Below, one piece after another: positions 19,051 to 29,644 of a DNA stretch of 64,000 nt; positions within the stretch are counted from its first letter, which is position 1; every line of letters begins with the position of its first letter. Made by a program: the position numbers and the translations under genes. The DNA is from an uncultured Ignavibacteria bacterium (lineage in GTDB: Bacteria; Zixibacteria; MSB-5A5; UM-FILTER-46-8), in the NCBI GenBank assembly GCA_964563085.1, contig CAZLVS010000011.1, positions 8,328 through 72,327 on the forward strand. Reading direction: 5' to 3'. Under the pieces are notes generated by a model. That model searched no databases and was not told the origin of the DNA. It saw only the letters and a list, made by a program, of their open reading frames with translations.

Positions 19051-19434
19051 GTGATTGATAAAAAGGCAGCTTTCTGGTTTGTAGTTGCACTATCATACGC
19101 AGGATTTATAACGTATATTTCATCGCAACCTCAACTGCCAACTCAGGATTTAGGCATTGATATAGGTGACAAAGCGATGCATGCAGGAGCGTATTTTGTT
19201 TTTGGATTGTTATGGTATAAAGCGTTTGCAGGAATCAGACTGAACATGCGAATTCCGGTTTTGCGGGTGGTGTTCGTATACGGATTTATTTTCGCTGCAA
19301 TCGATGAATTTCATCAGTATTTTGTACCTAACCGTGAAATGGAATTTTGGGATTTTGCCGCCGATGGTCTGGGGATAATTATGGCGATAATTATGGTGAA
19401 ATTATGGAATCTACGATTGCGAAAAGCTCATTGA
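19051..19434 (+). CDS. VanZ-like family membrane protein
   Basis: Four TM segments and 'FAAIDEFHQYFVPNREMEFWDFAADGLG', the VanZ-like motif. Confidence 0.65.
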   Translation: MIDKKAAFWFVVALSYAGFITYISSQPQLPTQDLGIDIGDKAMHAGAYFVFGLLWYKAFAGIRLNMRIPVLRVVFVYGFIFAAIDEFHQYFVPNREMEFWDFAADGLGIIMAIIMVKLWNLRLRKAH

Positions 19435-19478
19435 ATTTCTCCCGAATATTGTTGACATGAATTAAAACGCCCGATAAT

Positions 19479-20780
19479 TTGAAAATTATGGAATCGATTA
19501 AAAGGATAAAAGGAACCGACGATATACTTCCACCGGAAATATACCTCTGGCAGTTCATGGAAACGAAAATCCGGGAAATCATGCAAAGGTATAACTATCA
19601 GGAGATGCGCATCCCGATTTTTGAGCATACCGAGCTTTTTGCCAGGAGTATAGGTGAGGCGACCGATATTGTATCCAAGGAGATGTACACTTTTAACGAT
19701 CTGGGCGGAAGGAGCTTAACCCTCAGACCGGAGGGAACAGCAGGTGTGGTGAGGGCGTACATAGAGCATTCTTTGGGCGCTAAAGAACCTGTGGTTAAAT
19801 GTTACTATATATGCCCTATTTTCCGGCAGGAAAAGCCCCAGAAGGGTCGAAGGCGTCAGTTCAATCAGTTCGGAATCGAAGTTCTCGGTACCGATTCGGC
19901 ATACGCCGATGTGGAGGGGATACTTTTAAATCTTGGGATTTTGAAGGGTCTGGGTATCGATGATTGTCAGCTCAGGATTAACTCAATCGGCGATCCGGAT
20001 TGTAGAGTTAGGTATCGAGTTGCATTGAAGGAATACTTAAAGCCGCGGTTGGATGAACTATGCGAGGATTGCCGAATTCGTTTCGAGAAAAATCCTCTGA
20101 GAATTCTGGATTGTAAAAGGGAAAGCTGTCAGGCTGAACTTAAAGAAGCTCCTGTGGTTTTGGATCATCTTGGCGAGGAAAGCAAAGAGCATTTTGAGCA
20201 AGTGCGCAGCGGTCTGGACAAACTTAATACTGACTATTCGATTGATAAAAGATTAGTAAGGGGTTTGGATTATTATACCCGCACTGTTTTTGAAATAATA
20301 TCACAATCCCTGGGCGCACAGGATTCATTGTCCGGCGGCGGACGGTATGATCTCCTTGTAGAGCAATTAGGCGGTAAGCCGACACCCGCATTCGGTTTTG
20401 CGGCTGGAATGGAACGTCTGATATTGGTGATGCAGGAATCCGAAAGATTAGAAATGCCGGTTCGGAGTATAGACTGTTTTATTGCTGCTCCTAAGGGAGA
20501 AAATCTGGATGAAGCGTTGATTTTAGCCGAAAAGGTAAGAGACAGAAACCTGAGCGCGGAAATCGATCTTCTAAGCAGGTCTTTAAAGGCGGAATTGAAA
20601 ACGGCAAACAAACTTAATGCGAATTTCGTGGTGATTTTGGGTGATAATGAACTAAAACGTGGGGTAGGCTCGGTAAGGGATATGAAGTCCTCGGAGCAAT
20701 GGGAGGAACCTCTGGATAAACTACCGACACGATTGGCTGAATTAGTATCAACACGGCGAGGAAAACGTGAAGGATTTTAA
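19479..20780 (+). CDS. hisS: Histidine--tRNA ligase
   Basis: 'GTDDILPPE', 'RSLTLRPEGTAGVVRAY', 'GGGRYD' class-II aaRS/HisRS motifs. Confidence 0.92.
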   Translation: MKIMESIKRIKGTDDILPPEIYLWQFMETKIREIMQRYNYQEMRIPIFEHTELFARSIGEATDIVSKEMYTFNDLGGRSLTLRPEGTAGVVRAYIEHSLGAKEPVVKCYYICPIFRQEKPQKGRRRQFNQFGIEVLGTDSAYADVEGILLNLGILKGLGIDDCQLRINSIGDPDCRVRYRVALKEYLKPRLDELCEDCRIRFEKNPLRILDCKRESCQAELKEAPVVLDHLGEESKEHFEQVRSGLDKLNTDYSIDKRLVRGLDYYTRTVFEIISQSLGAQDSLSGGGRYDLLVEQLGGKPTPAFGFAAGMERLILVMQESERLEMPVRSIDCFIAAPKGENLDEALILAEKVRDRNLSAEIDLLSRSLKAELKTANKLNANFVVILGDNELKRGVGSVRDMKSSEQWEEPLDKLPTRLAELVSTRRGKREGF

Positions 20781-22584
20781 GCATTTAAAGAGAACTCACA
20801 CCTGCGGTGAGTTGAGAGCATCGGATGAAGGAAAAAGGGTTACGCTGAACGGTTGGGTAAACTCCTGGCGGGATCACGGAGGACTTGAGTTTATCGACCT
20901 GCGTGACAGATATGGACTTACGCAGGCGGTGTTCAATCCGGAAAAGCTATCCGAAGAGGACATGGCGAGAGCCGGAAAAATCCGATTCGAATATGTGGTT
21001 TCGGTTACCGGAGTGGTGGGGAAAAGACCCGAGGGTCAAACTAACGCAGATATGCCAACGGGGGAGATAGAGGTTGTTGCGGAGTCGTTTGAAGTTCTGA
21101 ACAGTTCATTGACGCCTCCGTTTTTAGTCGAGAATGAGGTAAATGCCGAAGAAGAACTTCGATTAAAGTACCGCTTCCTCGACCTGCGCAGGCCTGTGCT
21201 GCGGGATAAGATGGTCATGCGCCACAAAGTAACAATGGCGGCGCGTGAGTATTTGGATTCGAAAGATTTCCTTGAGATCGAAACCCCGATGTTAATAAGA
21301 TCTACCCCGGAGGGGGCTCGGGATTATGTAGTGCCGTCGCGGGTATTCAGAGGCAAATTCTATGCGCTGCCGCAATCGCCGCAGTTGTTCAAGCAGATAT
21401 TGATGGTTTCGGGATTCGATAAATACTTCCAGCTTGCGCGTTGTTTACGAGATGAGGATTTGCGCAGCGATCGCCAACCGGAACACACTCAGATCGATAT
21501 CGAGATGTCTTTTGCTACCGATGAGGATGTGTGGGAAGTAGTTGAGGGTATGTTGAGTCATGTATTTATGAAGGTGCTTGGCGATGAAATCGAAACACCG
21601 TTCCTGCGATTATCCTATCAGGAGGTTATGGAGAAATACGGGAGCGATAAGCCGGATATACGTTACGGATTTGAGATAGAAGATATTAGTGATCTTCTTG
21701 CCGAGACCGAGTTTAAGGTTTTCGCCAATGTATTGAAATCCGGCGGTAAGGTGCGCGGAATCAAGCTGCCGGGAGGGGCTGGTATGTCCCGCAAGGAGAT
21801 AACCGACCTTGAGACTGTCGCTAAAAAAGCGGGAGCAAAAGGATTGGCGTATATCGGCGTTACCGAGGACGGTTTCAAATCATCGGTGGCGAAATATCTA
21901 ACCGAAGCGGAACTTAAAGGTATATGTGACCGGTTTAAATTGGAAGTCGGCGATATCAGTTTTATCGCCGCGGGAGATTATTTGGACACCTGTGCAGTTC
22001 TGGATAGCGTGAGAAGAGAGTTAATTCGTAAATCGAATATCGAGCCGGAATCCAGGTGGGCGTTCCTATGGGTTCATTCGTTCCCATTGTTCGAGTTTAA
22101 CCGGGAACAGAATCGGTACGATGCTATGCATAATATCGTAACTTCGCCATTTGCGGAGGATATGGATTTACTGAAGGAGGGATTCGATACGGAATTGCCC
22201 CCGGGCGATCCGGAGCATCCCTGGACTAAGATAAGGGCTTACCAATATGATCTGGTTCTAAACGGTATGGAAATAGCATCGGGAGGGATTAGAAATCATC
22301 GGCGTGATGTCCAGGAGTTAATCCTGAATATTCTCGGTATCGCTTCCGAGCGAGCCGAGAAAATGTTTGGTTTTTTATTAAAAGCTTTGGAATACGGCGC
22401 GCCTCCGCACGCCGGAATCGCACCGGGGCTCGATAGAATAGTAGCGCTTATGACCGGCTCCGATTCCATCAGAGATGTTATCGCTTTTCCTAAAACAACG
22501 GCTGCGCAGTCACTGATGGATGAATCGCCGTCGGAGATCGACTCTCAGCAGTTGAAGGAATTGGGACTGCGCATAGTCGAATAA
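20767..22584 (+). CDS. aspS: Aspartate--tRNA ligase
   Basis: OB-fold N-terminus, 'FLDLRRP', 'QSPQLFKQILMVSGFDKYFQLARCLRDEDLRSDRQPEHTQIDIEMSF', and a GAD insertion domain. Confidence 0.92.
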   Translation: MKDFKHLKRTHTCGELRASDEGKRVTLNGWVNSWRDHGGLEFIDLRDRYGLTQAVFNPEKLSEEDMARAGKIRFEYVVSVTGVVGKRPEGQTNADMPTGEIEVVAESFEVLNSSLTPPFLVENEVNAEEELRLKYRFLDLRRPVLRDKMVMRHKVTMAAREYLDSKDFLEIETPMLIRSTPEGARDYVVPSRVFRGKFYALPQSPQLFKQILMVSGFDKYFQLARCLRDEDLRSDRQPEHTQIDIEMSFATDEDVWEVVEGMLSHVFMKVLGDEIETPFLRLSYQEVMEKYGSDKPDIRYGFEIEDISDLLAETEFKVFANVLKSGGKVRGIKLPGGAGMSRKEITDLETVAKKAGAKGLAYIGVTEDGFKSSVAKYLTEAELKGICDRFKLEVGDISFIAAGDYLDTCAVLDSVRRELIRKSNIEPESRWAFLWVHSFPLFEFNREQNRYDAMHNIVTSPFAEDMDLLKEGFDTELPPGDPEHPWTKIRAYQYDLVLNGMEIASGGIRNHRRDVQELILNILGIASERAEKMFGFLLKALEYGAPPHAGIAPGLDRIVALMTGSDSIRDVIAFPKTTAAQSLMDESPSEIDSQQLKELGLRIVE

Positions 22585-22599
22585 AACTGGAGGCATTGT

Positions 22600-23592
22600 A
22601 TCAGCAGCGAAGAGATTGTTACCGTTAACGTCAAGGTTGGTAATACCGACCTGCGGTCTCTTGTCGGTCTTAATCACTCCTTTATCGGAATTATCGAACA
22701 AGAGTTTGATGTGAAAATCATATCCAGGGGCGATCTGATACAGATTGCAGGTCCCCGCTCAAGCGTGGATAAAGGTCGTGCAGTGATCGAGGATCTGTGT
22801 CGGTATATCGATGACAATGGGGAACTTAACGAGAGATATGTTTATTATTCAATAGCGTCGGTTAAAGAGGGCGAAAGAGCTCCTTATGAGAAAATCGGGA
22901 ACGATAGCCTGATTACCAGCGTAGCTACCAAAGAAGAGATAAAACCCAAGACGGTCGGTCAGAAGAATTATACCGAGTCCATCGATAAGCATGATGTGGT
23001 ATTCTCAATAGGGCCTGCCGGGACAGGGAAAACCTATTTGGCGGTAGCTAAGGCGGTTAGTTTTTTTAAGCGGAAATTGGTGAATCGTATCGTATTGGTA
23101 AGGCCCGCAGTGGAGGCGGGGGAATCGCTCGGTTTTCTGCCGGGAGACATTCGAGCCAAAGTCGATCCGTATCTGCGTCCCCTTTACGACGCCCTGCATG
23201 ATATGCTGGTTGCCGACAAGATAAAGAAGTTGATGGAAAACGGGCTTATTGAGATAGCCCCGTTGGCGTTTATGCGAGGCAGGACTTTAAACAGCGCTTT
23301 TGTTATAATGGATGAAGCACAGAACAGCACCGCTCCGCAGATGAAGATGTTCCTAACGCGATTGGGAGAGAATTCCAAGGCGATAATAACCGGAGATATT
23401 ACTCAGATCGATCTGGTTAATAGAGCTTCTTCCGGTTTATTGCATGCGCGCAAAGTACTGAAAGGTATTAATGGGATTAAGTTCGTCTATCTCACGGAAA
23501 AGGATGTTGTGCGGCATCAGTTGGTGCAGAAGATAATCAATGCCTACGAGAAGCACGAAGCTATGAAGGTGCAGAAGAAGGCGAGAAAGTAA
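22600..23592 (+). CDS. phoH: PhoH-like ATPase (YbeZ family). The 5' end is uncertain: the first canonical start is GTG at 22711, but the conserved N-terminal domain is encoded upstream of it.
   Basis: Walker A 'GPAGTGKTYLAVAKAV' and 'VIMDEAQNST'. The frame is open from 22585. 'IVTVNVKVGNTDLRSLVGLNHSFIGIIEQEF' resembles the PhoH N-domain. The only plausible initiator upstream is ATC at 22600, 6 nt after a GGAGG. Confidence 0.75.
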   Translation: MSSEEIVTVNVKVGNTDLRSLVGLNHSFIGIIEQEFDVKIISRGDLIQIAGPRSSVDKGRAVIEDLCRYIDDNGELNERYVYYSIASVKEGERAPYEKIGNDSLITSVATKEEIKPKTVGQKNYTESIDKHDVVFSIGPAGTGKTYLAVAKAVSFFKRKLVNRIVLVRPAVEAGESLGFLPGDIRAKVDPYLRPLYDALHDMLVADKIKKLMENGLIEIAPLAFMRGRTLNSAFVIMDEAQNSTAPQMKMFLTRLGENSKAIITGDITQIDLVNRASSGLLHARKVLKGINGIKFVYLTEKDVVRHQLVQKIINAYEKHEAMKVQKKARK

Positions 23593-23593
23593 C

Positions 23594-25831
23594 ATGGTCA
23601 GGAACCTGTTGAAAAATAACGATGGGCGTTATTACCGGAAAGCGGCGAACGGTTCTAAGTCGGTTGAACGCGGCAAATCCAATATCATAGAACTCCTCAA
23701 TAATGAGCTTTTTAAGATAGCTCTCTGGTTGGTTCTAACAGCGGTTCTCACATTGATGTTTCCGATAGAATCGCTGTATATGCCTCTGGAAGCTCCCAAA
23801 TTGGGATCGATTGCAACCGAAGATATAGTAGCGCCCTTCGATTATTATATCAATAAAAGCACAGAGGAGATCGAGCAGGAGCGGAGCGGGATCGTTCGTA
23901 ATTTACCCGCTTATATGGTGTATAACGAAGAGATTGCCGCGGGTGTGAAGGAATCGTTCAGGGAGTTTTTCGAGGATATCGGCGGTCTGCGCCCAAAGAT
24001 TAAGAATCCCAAAGATATGGAAAGTTTTTTGGCAATATATTCAGGGCTTGATTCGTCGCATGTCACTGTTTTGGCTAACGAGCGGATTATGGGGAGATAT
24101 CGGGACTTGATACTGGAAGTTGTTGATTCGCTCTATGGCTACGGAATAAACGATAACATGAGCAATGTTCCGCTTGCTGAAAATCGGCTGGTGGTTATAG
24201 TGAAAAACAACCAGAGGATAACGGTTCCGAGAAGTCAGGTGCACGATCTCGCCAGCGCAATCAAATACACCGAAAGCACAATCTCCAAGAACACGGCAAA
24301 TGAGAAGCTGATTGAGGCATTGCTGGCGCTGTTCGAATTCCTGATTAAGCCTAACCTTAAGTTTAATCTGGAGTTAACGGAGAACGCCCGGCGGAAGGCA
24401 ATGGACAATATTAGTCCTTACAAGGGGATGGTTTTAAAAGGAGAAACCATCATTCGGAAGCATGAAAGGGTAACGCAGGCGCATCTCGAGAAGTTGAATT
24501 CATTAGCCGCTTTGAGAGGCGGAGGTTCGGATGATGAGTCTATGTCGGTCGGATGGTTACCCCTGATAGCCAGGTTCATATTCATCGGTTTTCTCATGGC
24601 TTTTATAGGAGCCTTTTTGAAGTATTTTAAAAGGGAGATTTATAATTCACCTCGCAGGATGATCCTTATCTTCATAATTCCGATTTTGGTTGCGATTCTG
24701 ATTTATTTCATAGATTTTCAATGGCAGCTATCCCCGTATTTGATACCGGTCACATTAGCCGCTATGCTTCTGGCGGTATTGTTTGAAGTTGAAGTCGGCT
24801 TACTGATGGCGGTTGTAATTTCCCTGCTGGTGGGGATTATCAGGAATTTCGATTTCTCTTTGGCGTTCGTGTCGATAGTGGCGGGTACCGTATCGGCATA
24901 CAGCGTTAGAAATGTGCGACACAGGCATGATTTTTACAGGCCTATTATCTACATCGTAATTACCTATATTATTACGATCTACTGTATCGAGTCGCTTAAA
25001 TTCACCGAAACCAAGGATATTCTCAAGGCGTGTGCTTTCGGCGCATTTAACGGTTTGATTTCTCCGCTTCTGGTGATAGCATTGCTGCCGCTGTTTGAGA
25101 CTACTTTCAAGATCACTACCGATATTACATTGCTGGAGTTGTCGGATTTAAATCATCCGCTTCTAAAAAGGCTGTCGCTGGAGGCTCCGGGCACCTATCA
25201 CCATTCAATAATTATGGGCACATTGGCTGAAGAAGCCTCCAAGGCTATCGGGGCGAATTCGCTTCTTGCCCGCGTGGGCGCATATTACCATGATATCGGC
25301 AAATCGCTGAAGGCGGAGTATTTCGTCGAAAACCAGATGGGCGCCAAAAACAAACATGAGAAGTTGACGCCATCGATGAGCGCGCTTATTCTGGAGTCGC
25401 ATGTCAAGGAGGGACGCGAGATGGCGAAACTTGCCGGATTGCCCAAGATTATCATCGATTTTATTGAGCAGCATCATGGCGATTCAGTGATGAGTTTCTT
25501 CTATCAAAAGGCGATTGAAAAGGGCGCCAGTTCCGATGAAGCCTCCGCTCTGCGCTATCCGGGACCAAAACCGCAGTTCAAGGAATCGGGAATCGTAGCG
25601 ATCGCGGATTCGGTTGAAGCGGCATCTCGGACCCTTGACGATCCGAAACCATCCCGCATTCGAAACCTGGTCAGGAAGTTAATCTATGATAAATTCACAT
25701 CAGGTCAACTGGATGATTCCGATCTCACTATTGCGGATATACATAAAATCGAGGATGCATTCGTGTTCGTATTGACCGCTATATTCCACAACCGGATCGA
25801 GTATCCGGATAAAGAGAGAGTTGCCTCTTGA
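23594..25831 (+). CDS. pgpH: 7TM receptor with intracellular HD hydrolase (PgpH/YqfF-like; candidate c-di-AMP phosphodiesterase)
   Basis: Extracellular domain, 7 TM helices, and C-terminal HD domain 'HHSIIMGTLAEEASKAIGANSLLARVGAYYHDIGK'. Conserved phoH-pgpH-ybeY order. Confidence 0.8.
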   Translation: MVRNLLKNNDGRYYRKAANGSKSVERGKSNIIELLNNELFKIALWLVLTAVLTLMFPIESLYMPLEAPKLGSIATEDIVAPFDYYINKSTEEIEQERSGIVRNLPAYMVYNEEIAAGVKESFREFFEDIGGLRPKIKNPKDMESFLAIYSGLDSSHVTVLANERIMGRYRDLILEVVDSLYGYGINDNMSNVPLAENRLVVIVKNNQRITVPRSQVHDLASAIKYTESTISKNTANEKLIEALLALFEFLIKPNLKFNLELTENARRKAMDNISPYKGMVLKGETIIRKHERVTQAHLEKLNSLAALRGGGSDDESMSVGWLPLIARFIFIGFLMAFIGAFLKYFKREIYNSPRRMILIFIIPILVAILIYFIDFQWQLSPYLIPVTLAAMLLAVLFEVEVGLLMAVVISLLVGIIRNFDFSLAFVSIVAGTVSAYSVRNVRHRHDFYRPIIYIVITYIITIYCIESLKFTETKDILKACAFGAFNGLISPLLVIALLPLFETTFKITTDITLLELSDLNHPLLKRLSLEAPGTYHHSIIMGTLAEEASKAIGANSLLARVGAYYHDIGKSLKAEYFVENQMGAKNKHEKLTPSMSALILESHVKEGREMAKLAGLPKIIIDFIEQHHGDSVMSFFYQKAIEKGASSDEASALRYPGPKPQFKESGIVAIADSVEAASRTLDDPKPSRIRNLVRKLIYDKFTSGQLDDSDLTIADIHKIEDAFVFVLTAIFHNRIEYPDKERVAS

Positions 25832-26250
25832 GTGAGAACGATGAAAACCTCGTCGATGTGATTTTCGACGATAGAAGCTATAGAATCGGCAAGCAGGAAG
25901 TGATCGATACACTGAGAGCTGTTCTATCCCGCGAAAACAAGTATGGCGTGACGATAAACGTTATTTTTACCGATGATAAATATATGCGGGGATTGAACAA
26001 CAACTATCTGGGCGAGGATAGAACGACGGATGTAATGTCTTTCAACATCGACGAGGAGATGCTTGGGGAAATATACATAAGCCTGCCTGAGGCGCGTCGT
26101 CAAGCGCAGGAACGGGGAATACCGATCAAAGTGGAGATTAAAAGGCTATTGATACATGGATTGCTGCATCTTCTGGGTTACGATCATGTCACTGGAGACG
26201 AAAGGCCATTGATGTTCACCAAACAAGAGCGCTATCTATCGGAGGTTTAA
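25828..26250 (+). CDS. ybeY: Endoribonuclease YbeY
   Basis: 'HGLLHLLGYDH' zinc-binding motif. Confidence 0.9.
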   Translation: MSENDENLVDVIFDDRSYRIGKQEVIDTLRAVLSRENKYGVTINVIFTDDKYMRGLNNNYLGEDRTTDVMSFNIDEEMLGEIYISLPEARRQAQERGIPIKVEIKRLLIHGLLHLLGYDHVTGDERPLMFTKQERYLSEV

Positions 26251-26254
26251 TTTA

Positions 26255-27142
26255 GTGAGTTGGAGTATGAGAAAGCTGCTTTCGTATTTGAGAGATAAAG
26301 TGAGAGGGGGAGAGTCGGAATCGGATTCACCCCGGCAGAATATCGAAGAGGAAATGCTGGAGACATTGGAAAGAGCTTCCACAGACGGAAGTATCGATTT
26401 AGAAGAAGACGAACGAGAGATGATCTCCTCGATTTTTGAGCTCGGAGATACGGAGGTGCGCGAGGTTATGGTTCCTCGTATCGATACTAAATATTTAACC
26501 GATTCGCAGACACTGGATGAAATACGTGATTTCGTGGCGGAGACCGGACATTCACGCTTTCCGCTTATCGGTGAAGATATCGATAACATCTTGGGGATTG
26601 TTTATGTCAAAGATATTTATCTTAATTCTGCGGGGCTTCGTGAAGGGAATATCTCGTTGAGGAGTTTAGCTCGGAAACCGCTTATTGTCCCGGAGCGGAA
26701 GAAATTGGATGAGCTCTTAAGGGACATGAAGCTGTCTAAAAACCACTTCGCGGTTGTAATCGACGAGTATGGCGGTACCGCCGGCATAGTAACCATGGAG
26801 GATGTATTGGAGGAGATAGTTGGGGAGATAGAGGATGAATATGATTTCGAGGTTCCGCCGATAACCAAGGTAAAAGAAGGTCATTATATCGTGGATGCCA
26901 ATCTGAGCATAGAGGAATTGAATGAGGAGATCGATACCGGGATTCCCGACGGGGAATTCGAGACTGTAGGCGGTTTCATCTATGACCAGGTCGGTAGTCT
27001 ACCGAACGACGGCCAGATGGTTAAAAGCGGTGACACAAAGTTTATTGTGGATAAGATGTCCGGGCAGAGGATTATTTCCGTAAGAGTGATCCGGGACGCC
27101 GAATCCGAAATGGAGGGTGAATTAGATGCCGAAGATAAATGA
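26255..27142 (+). CDS. corC: CBS-pair plus CorC/HlyC C-terminal domain protein (YbeX/CorC-like)
   Basis: Tandem CBS domains ('VMVPRIDT', 'HFAVVIDEYGGTAGIVTMEDVLEEIVGEIEDE') and the CorC_HlyC tail. Follows ybeY as in the ybeZYX arrangement. Confidence 0.8.
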   Translation: MSWSMRKLLSYLRDKVRGGESESDSPRQNIEEEMLETLERASTDGSIDLEEDEREMISSIFELGDTEVREVMVPRIDTKYLTDSQTLDEIRDFVAETGHSRFPLIGEDIDNILGIVYVKDIYLNSAGLREGNISLRSLARKPLIVPERKKLDELLRDMKLSKNHFAVVIDEYGGTAGIVTMEDVLEEIVGEIEDEYDFEVPPITKVKEGHYIVDANLSIEELNEEIDTGIPDGEFETVGGFIYDQVGSLPNDGQMVKSGDTKFIVDKMSGQRIISVRVIRDAESEMEGELDAEDK

Positions 27143-28229
27143 TAGAATTTCCGAAGACAAATTTCAGTTAATTTTAAGGGTTGGTCAGGCATTTAATTCG
27201 GTAATCGAGATCGACCGCTTATTCGAATTGATTGCCAGCACAACATCGAGACTATTGGAGGCGGAGCGCTGCTCCATTTATGTGGTGGATACCGAGCAGA
27301 ATACACTCTGGACGAGAGCTGCCGAAGGTGAGAACCGGATTGCGATTCCGATCGGAGTGGGGATAGCCGGAGCAGTTGCCGAGAGCGGCGAGTATATAAC
27401 GGTAGATGATGCTTATGAAGATCCCAGGTTCAACCACGAAATCGACAGGGAAACCGGCTACAGAACAAAGAGCCTGATTGCAGGACCTTTAATCAATAAT
27501 ACCGGTGAGATAATCGGTGTAATACAGGTTCTTAATGTCAAAAAGGGAAACTTCAGTATAGGGGATGAGCAACTGTTGAGGTCGCTTTCGGGATTTGCGG
27601 GGAACGCACTGGAGAATGCGCTGCTTTATGATGAACTTAAGACGACGTTTCATTCCGTATTGCAGGTATTGGCGGCGACTATCGACGCTAAACACCATTA
27701 TACTGCGGGTCACACCGCCAGGGTTGCCGATTATTCCTGCGGAATCGGCCGGGAAATGAGTCTAAGCGAGGATGAGTTAGAAATCCTGCGAGTAGCGGCT
27801 TTTTTACATGATTATGGCAAGATAGCTATCAGGGACAACGTGCTAACCAAGCCGGGCAAGCTAAGCGACGAAGAGTATGAGGAGATGAAATCTCACGCGA
27901 TGAAAACAAGCGAGATACTCTCAAAGATGCATTTTTCAGCGGGATACAAGGAAGTCCCATTGATTGCCGGGGCGCACCACGAGAAGTATGATGGTTCAGG
28001 TTATCCGGCAAAGCTCTCTAATGATGACATCCCTCTGGGGGCGCGGATTATGGCTGTGGCTGATGTTTTCGATGCATTGACATCGGACAGGGATTATCGA
28101 AAGGCGATGAAACCGCATGAGGCTCTGGAGTTGATTCGAAAGGAGGTGGGAACTTCTTTCGATCCGAAGGTTTTCGCCGCCTTTGAGAGCTATTTTAACC
28201 GACGATATGGACCGCTCGGCGATTCTTAA
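27126..28229 (+). CDS. GAF-domain plus HD-GYP-domain phosphodiesterase
   Basis: N-terminal GAF ('ERCSIYVVDTEQNTLW'). HD-GYP motifs 'HHYTAGHTARV', 'FLHDYGKIAI', 'HHEKYDGSGYP'. Confidence 0.8.
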   Translation: MPKINDRISEDKFQLILRVGQAFNSVIEIDRLFELIASTTSRLLEAERCSIYVVDTEQNTLWTRAAEGENRIAIPIGVGIAGAVAESGEYITVDDAYEDPRFNHEIDRETGYRTKSLIAGPLINNTGEIIGVIQVLNVKKGNFSIGDEQLLRSLSGFAGNALENALLYDELKTTFHSVLQVLAATIDAKHHYTAGHTARVADYSCGIGREMSLSEDELEILRVAAFLHDYGKIAIRDNVLTKPGKLSDEEYEEMKSHAMKTSEILSKMHFSAGYKEVPLIAGAHHEKYDGSGYPAKLSNDDIPLGARIMAVADVFDALTSDRDYRKAMKPHEALELIRKEVGTSFDPKVFAAFESYFNRRYGPLGDS

Positions 28230-28249
28230 CTAAAGAGGACTGTGGATAT

Positions 28250-29644
28250 TTGGATAAGTTCTCAGATGAGATACACCAGTTTATATCCGACAACGAGCTT
28301 ATTTCCTCCGGGGATTCGATACTGATAGCATGTTCGGGAGGCGCCGATTCGGTAGCGTTATTAAGGATTCTATACGGATTAAGCGATGATTTGGAGTTCG
28401 AGTTGGCAGTTGCTCATCTCAATCACCAGATTCGACCGGAAGCCGAGGAAGACCATGAATTAGTGCGAATACTAACCGGGGAACTGAGCTTAAAATTTCA
28501 TTCTCGGTCGATTGATGTTCCCGCTTATGCCGAAAGCAATGGTATGACATTGGAGGAAGCTGCTCGAGAGGTGCGCTACGATTTTCTCTCGGAGGTTGCC
28601 GATGAATATGGTTATGATAAAATAGCGGTTGGACACAATTTCGACGATAAAATTGAAACCGTGTTGTTTAACTTTATAAGAGGAACCGGATTGACGGGGC
28701 TTTCAGGAATACCGCCCAAAAGAGACCGGATAATCAGACCATTGCTTCCGGTAACTAAAAGGACTATTAGAGAGTGGTTAAAGTATAGAGGTCATGTTTA
28801 CATGGAAGATACTTCTAATCGGGATATCAGGTATACGCGCAACAGGATCAGAAACAGACTTTTGCCGTATCTGAAAAAATATTTCAATCCGCAGATCGAG
28901 CAATCTATTGATAGATTGTCAAATATAGTCGCTGAAATGGACGATTATATTAATGAGGAAGTTCAGAATGCGTTGCCTGAATTGATCGTAGAAGGGAAAG
29001 GTCATAAAATAGTTCTTGATTTTAGGGGATTTAACAGATATCATTTAAGTTTAAAACAAAATATCGTACGCAGAATTGTAAGAGACATCACGGTTTCGCA
29101 TTACGCGCCGGACTATAAATCGATTGAGGACTTCATAAAGTTTTGTGAACTGAAATCCAAAGGTCAATTTCATTTCAAAGGCGGTGTCATTGCGGAACTT
29201 ATCGATGACAGAATCGTATTCGGTATTCTAAACCAGTATGAGTTCGAAGACGAAGTCGACTTTCCGGGAATCTGGCAAAAGCGCGGCTCGGGATCGAGGA
29301 TAAAAGGTGAGTTGTTAGAGAACGTTTGCCCGACGGAATCGTACAAAACTCAGCGCAGAGATATCGCCTTCTTCGATTACGAAAAACTGGGGCGGAAAAC
29401 GGTTGTTCGTAATGTCAGAGCTGGCGATGAACTCAAACCTCTGGGGATGTCCGGAAATAAAAAAGTAATGGATATACTTGCCGAACATAGCGTTCCCATT
29501 TTCCTGAGACGTTCGCATCTGGTTTTGATTTCGAATTCGAAGATTGCCTGGTTAGTCGGATTCCGTACATCGGATGATTTTAAGATAGATAACAGGACAA
29601 GAAGGGTTTTAAAGCTAACCTATGAAGAGCGAAGTTTTAATTGA
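28250..29644 (+). CDS. tilS: tRNA(Ile)-lysidine synthetase
   Basis: PP-loop 'ILIACSGGADSVALL'. tilS-hpt-ftsH synteny. Confidence 0.85.
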   Translation: MDKFSDEIHQFISDNELISSGDSILIACSGGADSVALLRILYGLSDDLEFELAVAHLNHQIRPEAEEDHELVRILTGELSLKFHSRSIDVPAYAESNGMTLEEAAREVRYDFLSEVADEYGYDKIAVGHNFDDKIETVLFNFIRGTGLTGLSGIPPKRDRIIRPLLPVTKRTIREWLKYRGHVYMEDTSNRDIRYTRNRIRNRLLPYLKKYFNPQIEQSIDRLSNIVAEMDDYINEEVQNALPELIVEGKGHKIVLDFRGFNRYHLSLKQNIVRRIVRDITVSHYAPDYKSIEDFIKFCELKSKGQFHFKGGVIAELIDDRIVFGILNQYEFEDEVDFPGIWQKRGSGSRIKGELLENVCPTESYKTQRRDIAFFDYEKLGRKTVVRNVRAGDELKPLGMSGNKKVMDILAEHSVPIFLRRSHLVLISNSKIAWLVGFRTSDDFKIDNRTRRVLKLTYEERSFN

